A DNA stretch of 64,000 bases from Patescibacteria group bacterium. GTDB lineage: Bacteria; Patescibacteriota; Minisyncoccia; UBA6257; UBA9933. The notes under the pieces were generated by a model. That model saw only the letters and a program-made list of their open reading frames with translations, did not search any database and was not told the origin of the DNA. Below, piece by piece: positions 30,104 through 38,672 of this stretch. Where the stretch lies: assembly GCA_038065955.1 (NCBI GenBank), contig JBBTPY010000006.1, forward strand, positions 7,626 through 71,625, read 5' to 3'. The position numbers and the translations under genes are program-made. Position 1 is the stretch's first letter; every line of letters begins with the position of its first letter.

Positions 30104-31495
30104 ATGAAATTTGACGAAAACGATCAAATTGAATATTTGCCAAACGGCATAAAACATGAATCTGCTGGAGGTTTTGTGTTTTTTGAAGATGACAAAACTC
30201 ACGAGTTGTTTGTAGCTTTATTACGTAAACCAGACGGACACTATCTCATCCCAAAAGGCCACGTCAGAAAAGGTGAAGAAACAAAGGATGCGGCTGTAAG
30301 AGAAGTTATGGAGGAACTTATTCTAAAAGAAAACCCTGAGATTATTTCTTTTCTCAAAATTGATAGTTACACATTTACTCTTGACGATAGCAATGTCACT
30401 CATCATAAAAATGTCCATGTCTACGTTTTTCGGCTTAATAAAAAAGCTGACATTAAGCCTCAAATTGACGAAGGATTTGAGGCTGCGGAATGGATTCCAT
30501 TTGAAAAAGCCGTTGAAAAAATTTCATTTGATAGAGAAAACCTCCTTAAAGCACGACAGTGTTTCTACTACAACAAACCAGTAAAAGCTTTTAAAGACCT
30601 AACAGATATAAAATCCCTGACTATCGCAATTTCCACCCACAACGGTGAATTTACGATATCAAAAACCCTTAAATCGTTAACTGAAAATCTACAAGAGATT
30701 GGAGATTTTTTAAAAAAGGAAGTATTAGTATGCGCAGATCATTGTACCGACAACACCATTTCGGTTGTAGATAATTTTATAAAAAGTAACAAGTTGGACG
30801 ATATACAATTTCATCTGATAAGCAACGACAATGCGAAAGGAAAATCAAACGCTCTGAATAAAATTTTTTCTGCTTCGTCCGGAGAGCTTTTTTGTGCGGT
30901 TGATGATGACGTTATTCTTAAAGAAAAAAGCTTAATTAATCTCATGAGAGCTTTGGTTGAAGAAGAAAGTTTGAGGTGTGTCTTTTCGGCGTGGAAAAGA
31001 TTACCATTTCAAAGCAAAAATCCTTGGAAACTATTTTGGCACTGGATTTTAGGAATTAAATTCGAGGTTAACGAAACAAGCGAAATAATGAGAGGAGCTA
31101 CTATGATGCTGAGAAGAGATAATTTTGTTTATTTGCCAGCAGTGCTTAACGAAGACCAATTCTTGCAATATATGTACTGGCCGCAAACAAAGGAGGTTAA
31201 AGACTCCGTGATTTACTTTAACTCTGTCAGCAGTATTTCTGATTATTATAGAAGATTTATCCGTATAATGGTCGGCTCTAAGCAACTGTCAAAATATCTT
31301 GCTAAGAATAGAATTGATGAATGTTCTAGAGCTCTTTTTCAAAAACTGGAATACCACAGAATCTTGCGCCTGCCTTGGAAGTTAAAGGGTCCTTTTCTGT
31401 TTTACAGATTTATTCGGTTTTGTATAAGTTTGTATGTTAACCTTAAGATTAAATTCATAGACGATTATGAATGGTTTCGATTCAAACAAAATTAA
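30104..31495 (+). CDS. Fusion protein: N-terminal NUDIX hydrolase plus C-terminal family-2 glycosyltransferase
   Basis: Nudix box 'GHVRKGEETKDAAVREVMEELIL'; GT2-A region 'VCADHCTDNT...CAVDDDVIL' with DxD. Confidence 0.55.
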   Translation: MKFDENDQIEYLPNGIKHESAGGFVFFEDDKTHELFVALLRKPDGHYLIPKGHVRKGEETKDAAVREVMEELILKENPEIISFLKIDSYTFTLDDSNVTHHKNVHVYVFRLNKKADIKPQIDEGFEAAEWIPFEKAVEKISFDRENLLKARQCFYYNKPVKAFKDLTDIKSLTIAISTHNGEFTISKTLKSLTENLQEIGDFLKKEVLVCADHCTDNTISVVDNFIKSNKLDDIQFHLISNDNAKGKSNALNKIFSASSGELFCAVDDDVILKEKSLINLMRALVEEESLRCVFSAWKRLPFQSKNPWKLFWHWILGIKFEVNETSEIMRGATMMLRRDNFVYLPAVLNEDQFLQYMYWPQTKEVKDSVIYFNSVSSISDYYRRFIRIMVGSKQLSKYLAKNRIDECSRALFQKLEYHRILRLPWKLKGPFLFYRFIRFCISLYVNLKIKFIDDYEWFRFKQN

Positions 31496-31862
31496 ATTGA
31501 GCATTAGTGACGCATTGCTTGATGCTCTTCAAGAAAATCTTGCGGCTATAATTCTAGCCGGTAGTTTTCCAGATTCATTCAAAGAAGGGTGGAGCGATGT
31601 TGATCTGTTGATTGTAGTCCATAAAATGGATCTTGATACAAAATTAAAATTAACCCATGTGATTGTAAAGCTGGAACATAACACAAAGACACACCACGGC
31701 ATAAATGTAATAACTGAAGAAGAATTTTTAACTCCAAAATCCCCAGAAACTTTACTTGAGGGTAAAACACTTCAGGCTCTTATTGACTTAAAAAAATATC
31801 CTGAAAGAGTTATTTACATTCACAAAACGATTAATCCCGAAAAGGTCTATTCTCCATGTTGA
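31467..31862 (+). CDS. Minimal nucleotidyltransferase (Pol-beta superfamily, MNT-like)
   Basis: 'AGSFPDSFKEGWSDVDLLIVV' fits the G[SG]...D.D nucleotidyltransferase motif. Confidence 0.55.
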   Translation: MNGFDSNKIKLSISDALLDALQENLAAIILAGSFPDSFKEGWSDVDLLIVVHKMDLDTKLKLTHVIVKLEHNTKTHHGINVITEEEFLTPKSPETLLEGKTLQALIDLKKYPERVIYIHKTINPEKVYSPC

Positions 31863-31959
31863 CCACATAAAAGCATGGGCAAATGGTGGGGAGACTATTT
31901 TAGAAAATTTACAAACGCTTTGTTCAAAGTGTAATATTGGTAAAAGCGATTTAGAATAA
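31858..31959 (+). pseudogene. Remnant of an HNH endonuclease (C-terminal half only)
   Basis: In frame +1 relative to the nucleotidyltransferase. Translates 'VDHIKAWANGGETILENLQTLCSKCNIGKSDLE*', the second half of an HNH motif (DH..., N..., CxxCN). Upstream CxxC and first His are absent. Confidence 0.5.
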
Positions 31960-31961
31960 TT

Positions 31962-32285
31962 ATGGAAACTAAAAATGTAAAATTCGTTGTTTTTGTTCCT
32001 CTCTCTCACGCTGATGCTGTGCGCCATGCTCTCGGCGAGGCCGGAGCGGGTAAAATCGGAAATTATGATTTCTGCTCGTTTTCTTCTCGTGGCACAGGTC
32101 GTTTTCGTGGAAATGAAAAAGCGAATCCTGTAATTGGTAAAGCGGGGAAATATGAAGCAGTCGAGGAAGAAAAAATTGAGGCGATTGTGCCGCGAGAAAT
32201 TTTGAAAGAGGTTATTGAAAAAGTAAAAAGCGTTCATCCATACGAGGAAGTCGCTTTTGATATTTATCCGTTGGAAACAATATGA
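31962..32285 (+). CDS. Small PII/CutA-like (ferredoxin-like fold) protein, function unknown
   Basis: 107 aa; 'GAGKIGNY', 'SRGTGRFRG' and C-terminal 'HPYEEVAFDIYPLE' resemble CutA/PII-like families. Weak assignment. Confidence 0.3.
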   Translation: METKNVKFVVFVPLSHADAVRHALGEAGAGKIGNYDFCSFSSRGTGRFRGNEKANPVIGKAGKYEAVEEEKIEAIVPREILKEVIEKVKSVHPYEEVAFDIYPLETI

Positions 32286-32911
32286 AAATTACAAAAAATA
32301 AAATTCAAGTACTATTAGTCCATGGTGGAATGACCTTCAAAAATGAGAAGGATTATTTACACTACTTAAAAACTAAAAAAGTAACGACAACGAAAAAAGT
32401 TTCTTGGACAGGAGGTTATTTAGAGAAAAGTTTAGGCAAAAGGTTTGAAATAATCTCGCCAAGAATGCCTTTGCAGGATTTTGCGAAGTACAGAGATTGG
32501 AAGATATTTTTTGAGAGATACTTATCACTTATCAAAAATAAATACATTTTGATTGGTTCGTCTTTAGGCGGAGTTTTCCTTGCAAAATATCTTTCCGAAA
32601 ATAAACTTCGCAAAAAGGCATTGTCGGTATATTTGGTTTGTCCACCTTTTGACAATACATTGCCAGGTGAAGATTTGGTCGGTGGCTTCACGCTCGGCAA
32701 TAATCTGTCGTTGATTGAGAAGAACTGCAAAAATCTCCATTTGTTATTTTCAAACGATGACGATGTTGTGCCCGCCGCTCATGCCGATAAATACAAGCGA
32801 AAATTGAAAAATGCCCATGTTGTGATTTACAAGAGCAAAGGCGGGCATTTCAACATCGCCAAATTTCCTGAAATAGTTAAGATGATTTTTGCAGATATTA
32901 AAAGAAACTAG
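32282..32911 (+). CDS. Alpha/beta-fold serine hydrolase (YdeN/RBBP9-like)
   Basis: 'VLLVHGG' N-terminal strand; nucleophile elbow 'IGSSLGG'; late 'GGHFN' His region. Confidence 0.5.
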   Translation: MKITKNKIQVLLVHGGMTFKNEKDYLHYLKTKKVTTTKKVSWTGGYLEKSLGKRFEIISPRMPLQDFAKYRDWKIFFERYLSLIKNKYILIGSSLGGVFLAKYLSENKLRKKALSVYLVCPPFDNTLPGEDLVGGFTLGNNLSLIEKNCKNLHLLFSNDDDVVPAAHADKYKRKLKNAHVVIYKSKGGHFNIAKFPEIVKMIFADIKRN

Positions 32912-33010
32912 CCGCCAATTTTTTCAAAAAAGAAAGCCGAAGCCCGTGCGGATTCCTCCCCAAACCCCTCCTCCGCGCGGGCGAGTCCGAATTCCGCACC
33001 CCGCCACCAT
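32909..33010. repeat. Partial copy (R orientation) of the GC-rich intergenic repeat family; begins at the stop codon of the upstream gene
   Basis: 'tagccgccaatttt...gcggattcctccccaaacccctcctccgcgcgggcg' aligns with 36676-36760. Confidence 0.6.
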
Positions 33011-33340
33011 TCCCCCAGAAAAATGAGGCGGGGTGCGGTCAGAGTTTCTTCTCGAAAAAAGTTCGAGCAAATGCTAAAATAACACCACATTAGACGATTT
33101 CTTTCGCCCTCGCCCCTCGCTTCGCTCGGGGCTCGGGCTTCGGCGGGCAGAAAATAAAGGTAATTCCACGGCTTTTTGAAGTCAACAAAAAGCCGTTGGT
33201 CAAAAATTCGGCGGTTCGAGCCGATTTTTTTGAGAAAATTTTTCATCTCTGAAAAATTATCCTCCAAAGCGAAATTTTTGGCTTGGTTGGCTTCAATTAT
33301 CCAGTTCCGGACGAGTTCGAGCCAATGATTGCCTTTTCGC

Positions 33341-34591
33341 TCAAAATCGCTTTTTTTCCTCAATATCTTTTTTCCCCGACATCAGATCGTTTTTCTTTGG
33401 CTGAAACTCCGGCAGTTCTAAATCGCCTTCAAGGTAAGCGTCCATCAGGCGATTTATTTTTGTCTTAATTTTTTCTAATTCTGTTTTAAGATTTTGAGCG
33501 AAAAGGTCAGATGAGTGGCGGGATTCTTTATTCTCATTTTCCAGTTTTGTCAAAAACTTTTCCCGCCACTCATCGGGCAAAGAAACTTTTTGACAAAGAT
33601 TTTTCACTTGTTCAGTTAAAACTTCTTCCCGCAAAAAGCGATTTTCAGTACACGAAATAGTTTTGCTCTTGTGGGTGCAACGATAATAAATAAATTTCAA
33701 ACCACTTTTCTTGATGTGTCGCTCGGCGGTTATGGCATATCCACATACCCCACAAGTAGCAAAACCTAAAAACTGAAAATTCTTTGGTCCTCGCTTTTTG
33801 CGGGGCTTCCCATTCTGAACAAGTGCATTTTGAATTTGGTCAAAAAGTTTCTTTGCAATCATTGGCTTATGCGAACCTTGATGCACCTCGCCACGATATT
33901 GAAAGTGTCCGTAGTAAAAAGGATTTTTCAAAATATGTTCAATACTGGCGAGGTGCAAAGGTTTACCTGTTTTGCCAACCAAGCCAAGAGAAAACATTTT
34001 GCGTTGAATAGCCGTGAGTGTGTATTGCCCCGAAGCAAAAGCCCCTAACGCTTCTTTTACTTTGCCAAAAGTTTTTCTATCCGGCTCAATCGTCCGCAAA
34101 CGAGGTTCGTTGAAATATCCTAAAGGGGCTTTTGCGGAAAGTTCACCACGGCGTATTTTTTGGCGAATACCACGCAAAATGTTTTCTCTTAAATTGTCGG
34201 TGTAATACTTTGCTTGTCCGAAGGCGACACTCAACATAAATTTTCCTTGCGGTGTCGCCTCGAACCAGAAAGTAGGGAATTTTAGCGCAACAATCTTTTG
34301 CGTATCCACCAAATAAATTACTCTGCCACCGTCTATGCTATTTCTCGCTAAACGGTCTGGATTCCACGCTAAAATTCCCTGTGCAGTGCCTTTTTCAATT
34401 TCGCCAAGCATTTCGTTGAAAACTACTCTACCCGGCTCTTTGGCGGTCTTGCTCTCGTAAAATTCTTTTTCAACGAAAAGATTATTTTGCTTGGCGAATT
34501 CCCGAAGCTCCGTCAATTGTGCCTCAATACTTAAAACTTGGCGTTCTTCGTCTTCACTTGATTTTCTACAATAGATAAAATATTTGATCAT
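33341..34591 (-). CDS. Large serine recombinase (resolvase/invertase catalytic domain, recombinase domain, zinc ribbon)
   Basis: N-terminal 'YCRKSSEDEERQVLSIEAQ' contains the catalytic Ser. C-terminal 'CGVCGYAITAERHIKKSGLKFIYYRCTHK' is the zinc ribbon of large serine recombinases. Confidence 0.85.
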   Translation of the reverse strand: MIKYFIYCRKSSEDEERQVLSIEAQLTELREFAKQNNLFVEKEFYESKTAKEPGRVVFNEMLGEIEKGTAQGILAWNPDRLARNSIDGGRVIYLVDTQKIVALKFPTFWFEATPQGKFMLSVAFGQAKYYTDNLRENILRGIRQKIRRGELSAKAPLGYFNEPRLRTIEPDRKTFGKVKEALGAFASGQYTLTAIQRKMFSLGLVGKTGKPLHLASIEHILKNPFYYGHFQYRGEVHQGSHKPMIAKKLFDQIQNALVQNGKPRKKRGPKNFQFLGFATCGVCGYAITAERHIKKSGLKFIYYRCTHKSKTISCTENRFLREEVLTEQVKNLCQKVSLPDEWREKFLTKLENENKESRHSSDLFAQNLKTELEKIKTKINRLMDAYLEGDLELPEFQPKKNDLMSGKKDIEEKKRF

Positions 34592-34799
34592 AGCTTCGGG
34601 AATTAAATTGATAAAGGCATTGCACTTACACCGACAATTTCTAAAAATCTCTCCTCATCGGCTCTTGCGCCTTTGGCGCAATCCAAACTTTGTTTGGGAA
34701 CCGCCGACTTTCGGCGGGAATTCTTTTGGCGGAATTCAAAACCCCCTGGAATTTCTTGGCGGAAACCAATGCCGAGGGGCGAAGCCCCGAGGCAACTTC

Positions 34800-35020
34800 T
34801 TCGGCAAATCAAATTTGGTGGTGTTTGTTTAAAAAAGTCAGAACCCATTTTGCAGAAAATCCCAACGAATGAAACGGAAACAATGCGGACTCGGCAGGGC
34901 AAACTATTTTTCTGGGGTTTTGGATTTGCCCTGCCTCGGCTGATTTCCCGCCCGCAGGAGGGGTCTGGGGAGGAATGCGGGCGGGTTTCGGACTGGGGGT
35001 TTTCGGAAATTCGGCGGCTA
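34800..35020. repeat. Left copy (L orientation) of a ~200-bp inverted repeat flanking the XRE-NDT-HD cassette
   Basis: Reverse complement of 34837-35020 aligns nearly base-for-base with 36676-36870. Contains a perfect 10-bp hairpin stem cccgcccgca/tgcgggcggg. Confidence 0.8.
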
Positions 35021-35101
35021 TAAAATAATTGAATAATTCTCTCATATTTGTTATTATAATACTGTCAGTTAAAACAAGCAACAGTATTATGTTATCAATA
35101 T

Positions 35102-35305
35102 ATGGAAACTAATTTATTAGGACAGAAAATAAAGAAGCTACGGACAAAACTTGGTCTTTCTCAAGACGATTTTGCTCGCAAGGCGGATGTTCCCTACACA
35201 ACGCTTACAAAGGTCGAAACAGGCGTTATAAAAAAACCTTCGGTTTTTATGGTGAGCAAAATCGCTAAAGCGCTTGATGTTAATATTGAAGAATTAATAA
35301 AATAA
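35102..35305 (+). CDS. XRE-family helix-turn-helix transcriptional regulator
   Basis: 'LGLSQDDFARKADVPYTTLTKVETG' HTH_3 pattern; 67 aa. Confidence 0.6.
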   Translation: METNLLGQKIKKLRTKLGLSQDDFARKADVPYTTLTKVETGVIKKPSVFMVSKIAKALDVNIEELIK

Positions 35306-35310
35306 ATATT

Positions 35311-35697
35311 ATGAAAACAGTAGTACTTTGCGGCAGTCGCCGTTTCAAACCGGAAATGAGAGAATTTGGCAAAAAGCTAAAAGAGCTTGGTGTCGTTGTG
35401 TTTGAACCTTATTTACATTCCGGTCAAGACGAATGGGCGAAACTGTCGGACGACTATAAAAAATTTGTTGCTCTCGGACTAACCCATGATCATTTTTACA
35501 AAATACAAATAGCTGATGTGGTTTTTATTTTTAATAAAGACGGTTACACTGGGAATAGTACGACTTTGGAAATCGGTTATGCGGTAGCGACAGGAAAACC
35601 AATTTATGCGTTAACAAGTGACGAAGAATTATGCCGCCATGTTTTATTTAGAGAGATAATTTCTTCACCCAAAGAACTTGTTAAAAAATTGAAATAA
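35311..35697 (+). CDS. Nucleoside 2-deoxyribosyltransferase-like (Rcl/DNPH1-type Rossmann) protein
   Basis: 'VVLCGSRRF' N-terminal strand and 'GYTGNSTTLEIGYAVATGKPIYAL' match the NDT-like 'G.S.GT..E.G.A.A.GKP' signature. Confidence 0.45.
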   Translation: MKTVVLCGSRRFKPEMREFGKKLKELGVVVFEPYLHSGQDEWAKLSDDYKKFVALGLTHDHFYKIQIADVVFIFNKDGYTGNSTTLEIGYAVATGKPIYALTSDEELCRHVLFREIISSPKELVKKLK

Positions 35698-35700
35698 ATT

Positions 35701-36678
35701 ATGAAATACACAGATAGAGTATATGGAAATTTTGAAATTACAGAACCAGTAATTTTGGAATTGATAAATTCCTCAACTTTTCAAAGATTAAAGGAAATAG
35801 ATCAAGCTGGATATTTCGAACCACATTTCCCAGGCACTGCACATTCGCGTTTTGAACATTCAATCGGTGACTATTTACTTTTGAAAATGTATGAGGCACC
35901 AATTGAAGAACAAATTGCTGGTCTTATTCATGATGTTTCTCACTCGGCATTTTCTCATTGTATAGATTATGTCTTAGATGCTGGCTCTGAAAAAGAACAT
36001 AATCATCAAGATAATGTTTTTGATGATTATGTTAGAAAATCAGAAATACCAGAAATTCTTAAAAAATATAATCTCGATTTGGATTATATCCTTGACGATA
36101 AAAATTTTCCTCTTAAAGAAAACGATTTGCCAGATTTATGTTCAGATAGAATAGATTATTCATTAAGAACAGCTACTGTTTTTAAGGAAATAGAAAACGG
36201 AAAATTTTTTATTTATAATCTCACAGCAAAAGACGGAAGGTGGATTTTTAAAGATTTTGAAAGTGCAAAAAAATATGCAGACTTATTTTTGAAACTCAAC
36301 ACTAACTATTATGCGGGATTACCTTCCGCTGTTATGTTCCGAACGGTTGGAGATTATTTGCGATATGCACTTTCAAAAGAATATATTTCTGAAACCGATT
36401 TATACACAACTGATAAAATTGTTCTTTCAAAAATAGAATTTCATATCACCGACGACTCAAAATTGAAATTGCTTTTTGAAAGAATGAATAATAAAATCGG
36501 TTTCAGAAATGACCCAGTTAATTATGACGGAAAAGTATTTTGTAAATCACGAGTGGTTGATCCTCTTTGTTGGCATAATGGGGAAATAAAAAGAGTTTCA
36601 GAAATAGAGCCGAGTTGGTCTGATATAATTACGCGGGAATCAAAACCAAAAGAATATTTTTTAAAATTTGATAGATAG
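35701..36678 (+). CDS. HD-superfamily metal-dependent phosphohydrolase
   Basis: 'HSRFEHSIGDYLL' (His) and 'LIHDVSHSAFSH' (HD) motifs. Confidence 0.7.
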   Translation: MKYTDRVYGNFEITEPVILELINSSTFQRLKEIDQAGYFEPHFPGTAHSRFEHSIGDYLLLKMYEAPIEEQIAGLIHDVSHSAFSHCIDYVLDAGSEKEHNHQDNVFDDYVRKSEIPEILKKYNLDLDYILDDKNFPLKENDLPDLCSDRIDYSLRTATVFKEIENGKFFIYNLTAKDGRWIFKDFESAKKYADLFLKLNTNYYAGLPSAVMFRTVGDYLRYALSKEYISETDLYTTDKIVLSKIEFHITDDSKLKLLFERMNNKIGFRNDPVNYDGKVFCKSRVVDPLCWHNGEIKRVSEIEPSWSDIITRESKPKEYFLKFDR

Positions 36679-36995
36679 CCGCCGAATTTCCGAAAACCCC
36701 CAGTCCGAAACCCGCCCGCATTCCTCCCCAGACCCCTCCTGCGGGCGGGAAATCAGCCGAGGCAGGGCGAATCCATATCCCCAGTCAAATGTTTCGCCCT
36801 GCCGAGTCCGCATTAGTTTTCAGGGTTCTCCGCAAAATGGGTTCTAACTTTTTCCAACAAACACCAAAATCAAGCCCCTTGATTTTGGGATATTCTAAAC
36901 TTTGCGCGAAATCATTTTGAGGGAAACTAGCCCGCCTCCGCTTCGCTCCGGCGGAACGCTCGGGCATTTCGGCGAAAAATTTTTGCGACTGACAA
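36676..36995. repeat. Right copy (R orientation) of the inverted repeat; starts at the HD-gene stop codon and extends ~320 bp
   Basis: 'tagccgccgaatttccgaaaacccccagtccgaaacccgcccgcattcctccccagacccctcctgcgggcggg...' is the reverse complement of 34837-35020. Its distal part (36900-36995) is mirrored at 39042-39130. Confidence 0.8.
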
Positions 36996-37069
36996 AATAG
37001 GTATTACTTCTATCTTATCATAATATCTAAACTTTGGATATTGATTTCTTGGATATATCTTGTTAATAT

Positions 37070-37291
37070 ATGGTTAAGTCAATCCAAACAAAGGAATATG
37101 CCTATTTTATTGAGCGGTTACGGAAGGCTCGACTAAGGGCTGGTCTGACACAGGCGCAGGTCGCGAAAAAGATAGGTCGCCCCCAATCGCATATATCAAA
37201 TGTTGAATCTGGACAGCAAATGGTTGATGTAGTCGAGCTTCAACGATTTGCAAAGATATACGGAAAAGATATTAACTTTTTCCTAAAATGA
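37070..37291 (+). CDS. XRE-family HTH regulator
   Basis: 'AGLTQAQVAKKIGRPQSHISNVESGQ' HTH_3 pattern; 73 aa. Confidence 0.6.
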   Translation: MVKSIQTKEYAYFIERLRKARLRAGLTQAQVAKKIGRPQSHISNVESGQQMVDVVELQRFAKIYGKDINFFLK

Positions 37292-37620
37292 AATCTGCCA
37301 AACTTATTTCAGTTTTACTTTCCTTTGTGATTATTGTTAGTGTATTCGGTGTTTTTGCTGCTCCCAACACAACAGAGGCGTTTGTCCAAAAATATGAATA
37401 TTCAGAATATGATCCGCCTGGTGTTTTCTCTGGAGTTTGGCATGGACTTCTTGCGCCATACTCGCTTGTTGCCCGTTGGTTTATGGACGACGGAGCGATG
37501 TACGCAGTACCGAATACTGGTTGGTTTTATGACGCAGGATTTTTGATTGGTATAGTCGGCTCGATTCCTATTGGTTGGGCTGCTGCTATAATTTCCACAA
37601 TTGGACATATCTTGTCTTAA
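37288..37620 (+). CDS. Small membrane protein, unknown
   Basis: N-terminal TM or signal segment plus C-terminal hydrophobic segment; start overlaps the upstream stop. Confidence 0.3.
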   Translation: MKSAKLISVLLSFVIIVSVFGVFAAPNTTEAFVQKYEYSEYDPPGVFSGVWHGLLAPYSLVARWFMDDGAMYAVPNTGWFYDAGFLIGIVGSIPIGWAAAIISTIGHILS

Positions 37621-37632
37621 TTTCTAAAACTT

Positions 37633-38115
37633 ATGAAAATTAAACTTATAATTGGAATTCTCGTCGTGCTGGTTTTAATCTTTGGTTGGATAGCTTTTTC
37701 TCCAGCTACTCAAGAATCGTCAGTCAAGAAAGCACATTTTGCTACAAAATTATCAGCATCAGGAAGTATCACCTGTACTTATCCTCAAATACTGCATGCC
37801 AGCTATCAATCCGGAGAAATAACGCATGAATTACCGAAGCCGGAGACAAACCCTATCATAATGACTTTTAGCGATATTGATTCTGAAGTTGCAAAAGTTA
37901 AGTTCATTGATGCAACGCAATCCATTTCAGAAGTTCCACTCGTGAAAGTTATTGATACAGTAGAAAAGTTGATGTTCCTCGAAGGAAACGGTGAGCCCTA
38001 TATAACTGTTCATACAATTTATAAGGAAGATGGCGTTGCAACCTATGAAAAATCAATGTCGCTATTAGGTATCCCAGTAGGTACGGTGGGAATGGGTAGT
38101 TGTGTCGATTATTGA
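37633..38115 (+). CDS. Secreted hypothetical protein
   Basis: Signal-peptide-like N-terminus 'MKIKLIIGILVVLVLIFGWIAFS'; no recognisable motif. Confidence 0.3.
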   Translation: MKIKLIIGILVVLVLIFGWIAFSPATQESSVKKAHFATKLSASGSITCTYPQILHASYQSGEITHELPKPETNPIIMTFSDIDSEVAKVKFIDATQSISEVPLVKVIDTVEKLMFLEGNGEPYITVHTIYKEDGVATYEKSMSLLGIPVGTVGMGSCVDY

Positions 38116-38180
38116 AGGATAAACCCACTACGTAGCTTTAACTTGTTCTTCATCGTCATATTTAGTATTATATAAGTGAT

Positions 38181-38672
38181 ATGTCCTTACACCGAAAAAA
38201 GTACCAAAATGCTGTTTTGTACTTATGCCGGAAGCTAAAAGGCGAGGTACGCGGCAAGAAAAAATTAGCGAAATTGCTTTATTTCGCGGATTTTGATTTG
38301 TACGAAAAAAGTCAGAAATCAATAACTGGCGATGTTTACTGTGCGCTCCCAATGGGGCCGGTTCCGGCAGCTTTGGAAGAAATCACAGCTGAAATGACAA
38401 AAAAGAAAATGCTTGGCGTTGAGCACATCGAAGAACGAGAGGGATACAATCCTACTGAAGTATATAAGTGTCTCATCGAACCCGATCTTTCTGTTTTTGA
38501 TGACGAAGAAAAGAAAATGCTCGATCGGATTGTTGTCAAATATGGTCATCTCAATGGCAAACAATTAGAAGAATTATCTCACGCCGAAGCACCATACATC
38601 GGTACGGAGTTACGAAAAGAAATTCCATACGAACTGGCTTTTTATCGTGGTACAGATTTTAGTGAAATATGA
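38181..38672 (+). CDS. Panacea (DUF4065) domain antitoxin-like protein
   Basis: 'LAKLLYFADFDLYEKSQKSITGDVYCALPMGPVPAAL' matches the Panacea core and is paralogous to the 25636 C-terminal domain. Confidence 0.55.
   Translation: MSLHRKKYQNAVLYLCRKLKGEVRGKKKLAKLLYFADFDLYEKSQKSITGDVYCALPMGPVPAALEEITAEMTKKKMLGVEHIEEREGYNPTEVYKCLIEPDLSVFDDEEKKMLDRIVVKYGHLNGKQLEELSHAEAPYIGTELRKEIPYELAFYRGTDFSEI

Noticed and set aside
34584-35081. Five short overlapping ORFs on both strands between the recombinase and the XRE gene
   Set aside because: They fall inside the GC-rich repeat copy, overlap each other in several frames, and encode low-complexity peptides. Interpreted as non-coding repeat sequence.
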